64,000 bases of DNA from assembly GCF_009914755.1 (NCBI RefSeq), contig NC_060926.1; one strand, written 5' to 3'. The position numbers and the translations under genes were made by a program. The notes beneath the pieces are model-generated. The model worked only from the letters and a program-made list of their open reading frames with translations. It had not been told where the DNA came from and made no database searches. This DNA comes from the human T2T-CHM13v2.0 reference genome, Homo sapiens. Positions 33,536 to 47,835 of the stretch are shown piece after piece (position 1 is the stretch's first letter; every line of letters starts with the position of its first letter).

Positions 33536-34053
33536 TAAGGAGATTTTGTGTTACGGAGGCACTTTTTAATTTTGGAGAGGTCAGCTTTCCTGTATTTGTT
33601 TGTTTTCCTAAATCTGAAAGTCTGCCCTGTACAGGTTTGCATGGACACCCGTGGCCCAGTATGGCTGAACTCCCTATCTGACCTGCACCATTCTCAGGGA
33701 AATGCTTCTGAGCTTTTGCTCCTGACTTCTTTATCGTACTCTGGCAGCCATCCCCTGGCCTCCTAGCAAAAAATAGCTGGATTTTGTTAAAATTCAGTCT
33801 CTCTTGATACCATCTCTGCTGGATATGAGAGGGGATGGCTACCAGTGGAGCCTTAGCAACCTGATTAAGACTAGATCTGGGCTGGAATGTTCTCAGTGCT
33901 CTAAAATTACTGTTGATAAAGTTTCTCTCCATGTCTACCCACTTCCTTGTGCCCTGTTGCTCTCCATCCCATCTTACCAGCATGGGAGCTCAGCCAAGCC
34001 TCCTGTGGCTTTCTCCAGTCGATCACTGAGATGATTCTTTCTTCATTTTTCAG

Positions 34054-34124
34054 GTGCAAGTTCTCTCCTGTTGCCCTGAGTGCCCACTCCCAGGCCCTCT
34101 GTATGAGTGACACTTCAGTCTGCC
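34054..34124 (+). other. LYPD6: LYPD6 5'UTR portion of the first coding exon
   Basis: Acceptor ttctttcttcatttttCAG|G (AG at 34052-34053). In-frame TGA codons at 34077 and 34104 precede the start codon. Confidence 0.88.
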
Positions 34125-34242
34125 ATGGAACCTGGCCCTGCTCTGGCCTGGCTCCTGCTCCTGAGCCTGCTGGCGGATTGTCTGAAAGCTGCTCAGTCCC
34201 GAGACTTCACAGTGAAAGACATTATCTACCTCCATCCTTCAA
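34125..34242 (+). CDS. LYPD6: LYPD6 first coding exon: signal peptide and N-terminus, aa 1-39
   Basis: Strong Kozak gccATGG. Translates [39 protein letters not shown], recognised as the human LYPD6 N-terminus. Donor AA|GTAAGA at 34243, phase 1. Confidence 0.97.
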
Positions 34243-34689
34243 GTAAGACTGTTCTCTTTGCTGCAGAAATATCACTTTATTTCAAATAAGAAGTGGTTCA
34301 AAAACTGGCCAGGAAAAGGCATCCTTCAGTATAGTGAAAACCTCCCGTGATTTAACTGGGGTGGTGCGGTAATTTACAAAAGATGTTTTATGCTTTACCC
34401 TCACCTTTTCACAAGAAGATTTTTGGTGGTGTTAAGGCAAATTATTGGGCTTGTTTTCTCTGTTCCCTACACAATCACTCTGATTCTGAACACTCTTCCC
34501 CTTGTACTCATGCCAGTCCTAAGTCAGCTTTTAAAGTGAACCACCATATCCCAGAAGGAGGATTGTTTGTAAAAGATCAATCCTTTATACGTAAGATAAT
34601 AGCTGGTCTTCCTCTCTGTGCATCTAATTCTCAATTTCAGTGTAATTTCCTCCCACAACTTCCAATGTCCTGTGCCTCCTTTTGGTTTC

Positions 34690-34862
34690 CTATATTTAAG
34701 AATTATCTAGGGAATGCTTAATAACATAGATGCCCAGATCCCTGCCCTAGAGTTTCTGATTTGCATGTATCTCAGGCTGTACCTGTGCATTTTTGCATTC
34801 AGCAAGAACTTCAAGTACTTCTGCTGCAGACATTCTAAGGATCACGCTTTAGGAAACACAGC
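34690..34862. mobile_element. MER5B-like MITE
   Basis: aagaattatctagggaatgcttaataacatagatgcccagatccctgccctagagtttctgattt...ggatcacgctttaggaaacacag. Confidence 0.6.
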
Positions 34863-35019
34863 AGTTTGACTTCCTCTTTTGGTCTCTATCTTTGTATTTA
34901 TTGTCTCTTTGTATGAATCCTCTTCTGTATTGCCCCTGTTGAGGTGAGAGCTGGTTGTATTGTGTATATTCTGACCTTCGGCTTTTGCCCCAAGGTGCAT
35001 TACTCTTTTGAAATGCTCT

Positions 35020-35390
35020 GTTTAACAAATATAGTTTGAGTGTCCACTGTGTGTCAAGGATTGTGATAGGCTTGAAAGCATAAAGGCAAATCAAACACAG
35101 TCCTTGCTTTTGAGGATCACATAGTCTACAAAGTGAAGGCAGCCATGTGGACTCCTTCAATCCACGTGGTTGGAATATTTAATGTCTGCTTGTTCTGGGT
35201 TAGCTGAGAGGTGGTATGCAGAATGCCCTGGGGCTTGGAGTCCACCTGACCTAGGGTCAGCAACTAGCTCAGCTGCTTTGTGGCCTTTTGACTTAAAATA
35301 AATTCCCTATCATTGTGAAGATTAAATTAAAAATGTGTATGAAGCACTTAGCACTGAGTGTGAGACATAGGAAATGCTCAATCAATGTTA
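35020..35390. mobile_element. L2 3' end (minus) followed by MIR (plus)
   Basis: ttaacaaatatagtttgagtgtccactgtgtgtcaagg, then attgtgaagattaaattaaaaatgtgtatgaagcacttagcac...atgctcaatcaatgttag. Confidence 0.6.
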
Positions 35391-36273
35391 GGAGAATTCT
35401 TTGTGTTAATTTTGTCTTTTCTAAAGTGGTAAAGTAATATAATACATACTCGTTAGCATTATTTTATGGAGCAGAAATAATATCTGTAAAACACTAGGCC
35501 TATACCACACCAGGCAATCAAATGGTTGTTTACATTATTGTTTTTATTATCGTTGGCTTAGTAAACTGGGGGTGCTGAGAATACAATGCTCCAGTGTTGT
35601 ATAACTCCCATATACTTTTAATAGGCAGCAAATAATTTCTTTAGATTTCTATTGTCTCTGTACCCTCTTATCAGTATAGTCTGGTGCCCACTGGTTAATC
35701 GTATGGAAGACTTATCTGGCTGCTTGTTTTGTGGGGATTTTATTTTAATAATATGCATGAAGAGAAGGTGCTTTAATATTTGTTCTGTTTTCTAGATTGC
35801 ATTTTGCTGTTTTCTCCAAGCAGGCATGCTACTTTATTAGACTTGGTGAATCAAAAACCTAGGTTTCTGTCTCTTAGGGTTGATTGCCAGAGTTTTCAGC
35901 TTCTGTATGATTCCTTCTCAACTTCAGTGACAGACTCAGTAGTAACTGGGCTGCAGAAAAGGTCCACACTGGACCTACACGGAGGCTGTGATTGTACACA
36001 CAGAGTGGGAAGGAGAATTAAGGTGACTGGATTTAACAACATACACACCACTTCTGCCTCAGTAGTGTGGTGGGTCAGTGCCCTGTGTGTTGGGTCTCTA
36101 TTGGGAAATTCAATTTCAGAAGGAGGTCTTGAAGGCTGAGCCTTGCAAGCAGAGGGAAATCACTTCTGCTCTTGAAAAGTTGATGAAAAAGTTCTGCTCA
36201 TATGACCAATGTTAATTAAGTAAAGCCATGGCCTGATTAGAAGAAACTCGCCATATGTAAAGAATTAGTAGGG

Positions 36274-36885
36274 CTTCCTCTTCCCCTCACTGGCCTGAGG
36301 TGATCTGTAAAAATGGTTCACTATTCATTTGACCTGGAAAACCAAATCATGCAAATCAGGGTTCAAATCTTCATGTTCACTTTAAGAACACCTGTGAAAC
36401 TGCCCAGACCATCAAGCGTATGCATGTACAAAAAGCCACTGAGTTGTCTGAAAGATGTCACTTTACAAAAATAATGTCTACCATTCTAACATTACAGTGG
36501 TGGAGTTGGTAGCTGTGCCCAGGCCAAACAGTGAGGCTGAACACAGGATCAGTGGCCTGAAAAGAGTGCTGATCTTTTGCTGCACATGCTTTAAAACACA
36601 GAATCATGCTGTACTTAGGGGTTTAGATGTAGATTCCCTGGTCACTGAGCCTATCCAGGTGAACAAGTAATCCAAGATGCACGGCTGAACTTACTTAAAG
36701 AGCCATACATGAGCTCCCCCTGTCACATCGAGGTGACCCTTACTGAAAAGAATCAAATTGTTCCTAAACCAGAAGAGGGGGTTGCAGAGAAGAAAAAGAT
36801 ATCCCGGAAGAAACTGAAGAAACAAAAACGTATGACATTGGAAATAAATGCAGCATAAAACAAATGCAAATAAAAGTAAAAGAAA
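36274..36885 (+). pseudogene. Processed pseudogene of ribosomal protein L17 (RPL17/uL22)
   Basis: Pyrimidine (TOP-like) 5' end and ATG at 36313. Degraded translation [50 protein letters not shown]...[16 protein letters not shown]...[42 protein letters not shown] matches RPL17. Intronless, AATAAA at 36869, A-rich tail, TSD aaagaattagtaggg (36259-36273) / aaagaattggtgagg (36886-36900). Confidence 0.96.
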
Positions 36886-37057
36886 AAAGAATTGGTGAGG
36901 TTTTCTGATATGATTTTGAGATATGGAGAAGGATGGAAGTTGTTCCTAAGTGAGATTATAAGTAGATGATTCACCAGCAGATCAGGGTCCAAGTTCTCTT
37001 TAGAGTCTCCCTCCATAACTTATGATGGGAATACTGTGTAAATTGTTGTTAGAGTGA

Positions 37058-37420
<363 letters not shown>

Positions 37421-40165
37421 TATTCTGTCCACTTTTAAATCAGTATTAACTTCTAATTTCTTTGAACTATTTTAGAAGTTTGTGGTGTGTGTTTTCACAC
37501 TTTGATTTTTTAAATGGCGTGGTTCTATGTCCTTGAGCACTAGACCATATTAAGCTGTAGTCTCTACAAATAAGCAGGTATCTGTTGAACATAGACCGTA
37601 AAAAATATATGAGGGAAGTATGGGATTAGTTTGATTTTGAATTATTTGTATAGTCACCTCACTTTGTAGATGAAGGCACAAACAGCATTCTTTTGTGAAT
37701 GAGCCACATTTCATTAATGTTACAATGTGTAACATGAAGCTCGGAACCTGCTGAAGGAGAAATATGGTGATGCTGGAGATATGAGAAGACACACACATTT
37801 TCTGTACCAGACAAACAGAAGCTATTTTCTCCTCATTCCGATGCCCAGAACAGCCATCACTGATAATAACTGGGGAGAGATTGGAACACCAGGCTGGGAA
37901 AATTCAGCCTCTCATGACTCATCTTTTTTGCTCCCTGGTTTCCTAATCTTTGAAGTTTCTGAACATTTAAAAGAAAGAAACTTCATGGCTTTCAAACCTG
38001 AAGCACTGTCGTCAATAATGTTCTTTTCTATAATCCTTGTGTCATTTGTTGTTGAGTTTTTCTTTGCTTGTTTTTATGTGAAAAATGAATTTCTTCCCAG
38101 CCTATGATTCAAATACCAAATCAAATAAGAACTTTCAAAACAAGAGTTACTATTAAGAGAAATAGAGCTGCTTATTTGGTAGTCAGACATAGTAAGAGAT
38201 AGCAGAGTTTAATATACTAAGTGGCTGCGACCTATTCTTAGCCTCCATTTCTTTCCTTAGAATAGAAAGAAACCTTTCCTAAGAATATCCAATTTTCCTC
38301 TGGTTGCATGTTTTGAATCTTTCCTTAATCATGTACACCAAAGAGCTGTATTCCTGTGGGGGCTTGTTTGTGCCCATGTAGAGAGCCAAATAAGTTTGTT
38401 CAGACTATACTACGTAAGTCTTAGAGAGTAAGGGGACTTTCTAGGAAGGTACCAGATAATGTATTTATTTCTGTCAGAAATATGTGCATATTAAAATTAT
38501 ACTTAAATATTTTGTTGCCAAGTGGACTGAGAAAAAAGATACATTTATTAGATTTCTAGAATTTTTATATATGCATCCAGTTTTCAGAAACAATGGAAGT
38601 TAATTTGGTAAGGATAGAAAAATGTTTGGATGCATTACACATCAGCATACCTTTCAAAACAAAAGTCTGTTCTCACCACGGTTCTGGTAACTGAAGGCCT
38701 TTGTCTAGGCAAAAGTTCCAAGAGATGGAAACAAAGACTAAATCTTTTCTGATACCGTACAAATAAATTATGGTCGGTTGAACTATGGCTGACCATGAGA
38801 GTTAATGGACAGATTATTTTACAGGAAGTAACTGGGCACTTTGGCGTTTCTTTTTTTCTTTACAATCACCTTCTCTTAAGGGACCAAGGACTTATGCCCT
38901 GAAATACAGAGTACTGAGCTTATTAACTCTGTGATCAAGAGCCAAATTAGATTCATTCACAGCTGGGGCCACAACAATTTGAAACTCCGCTTGCTCTACA
39001 ATGCTTTGAAGTAACAAAGAAGCAAATAGCACATCTCTTAGGAACCTCTTTCCGTCCTTTAAAAAAAAAAAAAAAACCTCTTTATCAGATGCAGTATCAA
39101 TTAGCAAGTTACTGGAGATAGTTGTTCATCTGTAGACCTCATTTCTGGCAAAATATCTCAAGAGGGAAGAATTTAACCATTTACTTGGTATTATACCTTA
39201 ATTATCCACTGAAAGCAGTATGTTTGCAGAGATTTGTCATTAATCAGGGTGTGATTATTCACTAATTGGTATTTCCTGCCAAGATGTCAGTAAAGGTTCC
39301 TACAAGCAAATATTAAACTCTAGCCATTGAGAATGTGCACAGATATGGAGCTGTAGATTCTAAAAGAAAACTCACCAAAAATGAGATAATTTGGTTGTCA
39401 ACGATACGTGCTGATAAACTCAGAGGTAAAAGAATTTAAGCAAAGCTTCATTTTGCTGCCATAGTATTTTAGTTCCCACTCCTGTTTAAATTTCAATATA
39501 CTTTGGGTTCATTTTCAGAATCCAGGCCTCTTATGTAAGAAATAAGTGTTTATAGTATGTCACTTGTCTCACAAAAGATCATTTTGAAAAGTCTATTAAG
39601 TAATTCAAATTTGTGAACACTACAACTTACTAGTGTTAGGGTCTCAATAAGTTTGTTCTTGGAGTAGCTGGATCGTCAATCTTCATTCAGAATTCTTAAT
39701 TTATCTCTTTGATGGGAAAGTTTCCAGGAATAACTAATTCAGTATTCCATCCAAAAATTTTACTGGCTGCAGTGACAGACAGATAAAATTGGATGCCCCA
39801 GTGAATTAATCATGCAAACTGAAGTGGTACGAGTAGCTTGCAGCCATAAACCTTGGTGAATATGATGATCACTTTTTTGAGAAATGCTGTTCTCTGACAA
39901 ATGCTTTGTATCTTTTTTTTTCCAAAATGTCTACTTTGATCATTCCACTTCAAATTTTACAAGCTATTTTAAAGTCCAATCTTTGAAAGTTGTTTATATA
40001 TTAAGTATTTTAAACTTGATAGGGAAACTATTTTTTAATGTATCCAGTCAGGACAATTTCCTAAAATATTTTATATGATTAATTAAAATATCTGCAAGAG
40101 TATTGCATGGCTTTGGCGTTTGAGAACCTGTTTTGTTTTTGTTTTTTTAATTCTTCAGCCATGTA

Positions 40166-42857
<2,692 letters not shown>

Positions 42858-44269
42858 CCCTTACCAAAATAGAACCTTTCAATTCAAATGTAACCCATTT
42901 TTCTATAGGTGGGTAATGTGAAGGTATAAAAAATATTTGTTTATAGTTTACAAAATACTTCTCTTTGTCACAATTATATGACATTTTCCCCCTATTAAAA
43001 TTTCCTCATGAAAATGGAGTGGTTGGATGGCTGTGTCTAAGCTGCTTTCCATCATTTTGTAAAATGATCTATGCACTTTTTCTATCATTCTGTTTATGAA
43101 TTTGAGTTACTATGTGAGAGAGAGCACGCAGATGGGCCCATAAAAAGTTCCGATTACTTGTCTTTTTTAGACTGTTTATGACTTTTGATCATGACACATT
43201 ATTTGATATTGTCATAGTCAGGTCTGTGAAGTAATGCAAGCATGTACATGGATGGGCAGCTATTCTCGGCAAGGTGAAAATCAAAGTGATATCTGGTCCA
43301 TCATTCTGGCCTTAAGCTACTGCCTTCTCCTTCATTTATTTTTGATAACATATCTAATTGGTTCCATGTGGGCAGAGCAATTTACCCTGAGATGATTATT
43401 TCCGCCAGTGGGATATGCAGGCTCAGCCATCTGCGAGAGAGAACAGTTGGCTCCTGCAGATGAAGTGTTTGAGTGTTTGCAGCTTTCAAATAGGCCAGGT
43501 AATTTTACAAATTAAACAGCACAAGTTTTGTTTATGAAAGGCAAAACTCTAAGTAGTGAAGCAAGCAAATGATTAGAGCTAAGAAGCAATTAAATGCACA
43601 TCAGTAGTAAGGACAAAGAACAGCTGGGCCTGACATTCCTCGGTGATCCTCATCTTTTTGTGGAGAGAAGGCCTTGGGTGCCCGCGACAGCCTCCAGAGC
43701 TCAAATCTCATGTGACCCCTCCTCACCTGAGCATATAGGTGAAGAATCAAAGCACTTGGAGGACAGTTCCTTCTGAAGGCAGGAAGAGGCAACTCACCAG
43801 TGGGAGCAGTAGGAAGAGATAAGTGGGGCTTCCTGGAATGGCCTAGTCCTCAGGCTAGAACTGGTAGCCTCTGGTGCCTCATCCCCACATCCCCCCAGCA
43901 TCTAGCTTCTATGGACATGGGTCCGAAAGGCACCTGAAGAGGGTCACCTCTGCATGGGCAGCATATATTTTAGCAATGAAGACTCTTCTCTTAGCTAAGG
44001 CTTACCATCTCCAGGGGTTCATAATGACATCAGGTCTGAACAGATAAAAATTTTACAATGTACCAGAGAAATTGCCACTTTTGTAGATTGAAATGGTCAA
44101 ACATCAGGAAATTTTATGATGATTCAACCCAATATTTTTATTTGCATGTTGACATTTGTGTATAAGTTGACATGAGTAAGTTATTAGAAATCCAGAGAAT
44201 GCCTTTTTAATTAAAATTTTTATTGAGATAATTTTAAAGTCATATGCAATTTTAGGACATAGTACATGA

Positions 44270-44353
44270 TGCTGAGTGTGGTAGTTCATGCCTATAATCC
44301 CAGCAGTTTGGGAGGCCGAGGCTGGAAAATCCCTTGAGGCCAGGAGTTTGAGA
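44270..44353 (+). mobile_element. Alu left-monomer fragment (FLAM/AluJ-like) with no poly(A)
   Basis: gctgagtgtggtagttcatgcctataatcccagcagtttgggaggccgaggc...cccttgaggccaggagtttgaga. Confidence 0.8.
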
Positions 44354-44420
44354 AATAATACAGTGAGATCCCATGTACCCATTATCCAGTTTGTCCCAGT
44401 GGTGACATTTTGAAAAACTA

Positions 44421-44730
<310 letters not shown>

Positions 44731-45464
44731 GAAAAACTATAGCATAATACCACAACTAGTATATTAATATCAATACAATCGGTCTACCAATGTCATTCTG
44801 ATTTCCCTAATTTTACTCTGTGTGTGTACATTTAGTTCTACCTAATTTTATCATGTGTAGGTTTGTGTATCCTCCACCAGAGTTGAGACACTGAAGAATT
44901 TCAGTAACACAAGGGTTCCTCCTACTGGCCTCAAACCCACCTCTCTCCCCACCTCTCCACCCCTACCCCCACCTCTGCCATCCCTAACCCCTGACAACCA
45001 CTAATCATTTCAAAAATGTCATATAAATGGAACCATGCAATATATAACGTTTTGGGATGGGCTTTATTCACTCCAAATAATTTCCTGGAAACTCACCCAA
45101 GTTGTTGAAAGTAGTAATAGTTCATTCCTTTTTATTGCTGACTAATGTTCCATAGTATGGATGTCCAACAGTTTGTTTAACCATTCACCCACTGAAGGAC
45201 ATCGAGGATATTTCCAGTTTTTGGGCTATTACAAATAAAGTTGCTGTTGACATTTGTGTACAGATTTTTGCATGTATACAAATGTTCATTTCTCAGGGAC
45301 AGATGCCCAAGAGTAAAGTTGCTGGGTCATATGGTAGTTGAAGGTTTAAGAAACTGCTAAGTTGTCTTGAGAATCCTTTCTTTAAAATAATGAAAATGTC
45401 TTAACTTCACAGGATTCTGTGCCTTGTCTAAAAATTAATCTTTTCTCTTAATCCTTTTTTTTAG

Positions 45465-45563
45465 CCACACCATATCCTGGTGGATTTAAATGTTTCACCT
45501 GTGAAAAGGCAGCAGACAATTATGAGTGCAACCGATGGGCTCCAGACATCTACTGCCCTCGAG
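45465..45563 (+). CDS. LYPD6: LYPD6 second coding exon: first half of the LU/three-finger domain, aa 40-73
   Basis: Acceptor ttttctcttaatccttttttttAG|, donor G|GTAAAC. 99 nt, phase 1-1. Translates (T)[32 protein letters not shown](E) in frame with the previous exon, with the LU cysteines C49, C52, C61 and C70. Confidence 0.97.
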
Positions 45564-46589
45564 GTAAACTCTCAGTAGACTGATTGGGGTCCCCTGGGCT
45601 GTCCGTGAGTGAACAGCCCTTTTGACTTTGGTGATGTATAAAGAGAGGCATGCTTGCAATCTCAGCTGCTCCTCTTGTCTAAGGCTATTAGATCTTTTGT
45701 ACCACACCAATAACTTATCAGAGATTCTCAGAGACATAAACTGAGCCATAGGATTGTTTCCTTTCTCATGAAGTATTTTTGGCACTCCACAGGAGGTGAT
45801 ACCTTCGCCTGTACCCCCGGGCCCAGTCAAATGTAGGAAAAGAGAACAGCCAGTCTGTCTGCCACTCTGAGGCATTAGTCAGTGCATAGTAACCTCTTTT
45901 ATGTAATGTATGAATTGATGTTCATATAAAGATTCCATTGATTACATATCTTGCCAGAGACTTTCATGCAGTCTCTAGAATTTAGAATTCTGAATGTCAT
46001 CATTGCACAAATAAAATCCCTGAGATTTTTAAACTATTAAGTTTTTTTTGAAGGATGAGATGAACACTGAACTGAAGCATGGAATTTTGACCGAAAGGCC
46101 CATTTCAAAATAAATACCCATTATATTCATGTCTCTTTTATCCTATCAAAAAGAAATAGATGGTTATATTTGGCTACAGAGTCACTGTTAACTGGCTATT
46201 TTACTTTGGAGGAAAGTCTATTTATTTGGTGGGGGTAGAGATAATGAGCACAGGGAATTTTATTGACAAATGTTCGAGTGAATAGTTAGATGGGTTTCAC
46301 TGCTGATCTAATTCAGTTGTTAAAATGGCTTGGACACAACCACACCAAATCCATTATTTTTCAGTATAACACGAGTATTATATAAGAGTTCTCATACTTA
46401 ACCCAGTGAATGGTATTCTGCCTCTTGTGGAGGATTGGAAATTGGGAGAGCATGGAAACCAAAATTAAAGGAAACATGTCAACTATCCAAGCTAGTACTC
46501 TAACCCAGGAGCCTCCACTCCACCTAGTGTGTCCAGTAGAAACACCTGTGGAATTTTTCAAAGAAATCACTGAAAGCCTTGCCCTGTCT

Positions 46590-46865
46590 AGACCAGTGGT
46601 TTTCAAGCTTCAGCAGCAGCATCATTCTCCAGAGGGCTTATTAAAACATAGATTTCTGCTCCCACCCACTTCTTCACCCACATTTCTGATTCAGTGGGTC
46701 TGAGATAGGGCCTGAGAATTTGCATTTCTAAAGGGTTGTCAGGTGATGAGTTAAGAATCACAGCTCTACACAAATTGAGCCAGCATTTCTGAGATTAGGG
46801 CCCTGCATTGGTACTTTAAATATTGCAGATGATTCTAATGAAAAGTCAGGGGTAAGAACCACAGG
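46590..46865. mobile_element. MER5A/B MITE(s)
   Basis: cagtggttttcaagctt...gggcttattaaaacatagattt...tttctgattcagtgggtctgagatagggcctgagaatttgcatttctaa. Confidence 0.75.
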
Positions 46866-47132
46866 GAGCTCCTCTACATAAGAAACAGAAATGTAGTGTT
46901 GTCATTTCTAGGCTCTTCTTGTTGACTTTTAGGTAGAGATGATAATAGGGCCTACAGGGCAGAGAAAAACATGGAAGCACTAAAGATTGGCTTAACTGAA
47001 AACTAGATATCCAGCCGTCTGAGTAATCGAAAATAAGTTTTATTGCCGTCTGTAGTCACTGCTCATTTCCAAATGGGCCAGTATTTTCTAACATTACCAC
47101 TGTGGAATGAACATTGCTAATGGATCTGATTA

Positions 47133-47302
47133 AACCACTGCTTCTCAGACTTGGCTGTCTATTGAAATTACCTGGTAAACTTTCGAAAACACTAACACCT
47201 AGATTTGTTCCCAGCGATTCATATTAAATGGTCCAGCTAGGCATAAGGATTTTTAAAAGCCCTCCAGATGGTTCTAATATGCAACCAAATTTAAGAACCA
47301 TC
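47133..47302. mobile_element. MER5B-like MITE
   Basis: cactgcttctcagacttggctgtctattgaaattacctgg...tttttaaaagccctccagatggttctaatatgcaaccaaatttaagaacca. Confidence 0.7.
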
Positions 47303-47442
47303 ATGAACAGTGACTTCAGGCAAAACCAAGATGATTTGCTTTGTATATCTAGTCATCTTTGGGCTAGTTCCTGTGGTGATAAAGCTGGCTGATTTGCTTT
47401 TGAAGCTGTTGCCCTGTTGGTCAGAGCTAGTATATAGGAAGC

Positions 47443-47835
47443 GTGTTTTAGTCCACTTGTGATGCTGTCATAAAATACCTCACACTGGGTAATATATAAA
47501 CAATAGAAGTTATTTCTCGCAGTTCTTGAGGCTGGGAAGTCCCAGATCAAGGTGCCGGCAGGTTCTAGAAGGGCATAGACTCTCTGCTTTCAAGGTGACA
47601 CCTTGCTGCTGCATCCTCTGGAGGGGAGGAACACTGTGGCCTCACGTGGCAGAAGACAAAAGGCGGGGAAGGGAACAGACCCACTCCCTCAAACCCTTTT
47701 ATAAGGGTCCTAATCCCATTCTTGAGGGCTCCAGACTCATGACTTAATCACCCCTTAAATGCCCCACCTCTTAATATCCTCACATTGGTGATTAAGTTGC
47801 ATATGAACTCTGGGGGACACATTCGGACCATAGCA
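47443..47835 (-). mobile_element. MST/MLT1A-type MaLR solo LTR
   Basis: tgtttagtccacttgtgatgctgtcataaaatacctcacactgggtaat...gaggctgggaagtcccagatcaaggtgccggca...ggggacacattcggaccatagca. Confidence 0.85.

Noticed and set aside
33459-33983. 174-aa minus-strand ORF just upstream of the first coding exon
   Set aside because: It ends in a MIR, has no recognisable domain and no splice or promoter support. Chance ORF.
34107-34124. In-frame GTG N-terminal extension of LYPD6 given by the ORF track
   Set aside because: A near-cognate codon in poor context directly after a stop. The ATG at 34125 has an optimal Kozak sequence and matches the known N-terminus.
37717-37735. Perfect 8-bp inverted repeat ATGTTACA-atg-TGTAACAT
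   Set aside because: Several such hairpins are expected by chance in 64 kb of AT-rich DNA.
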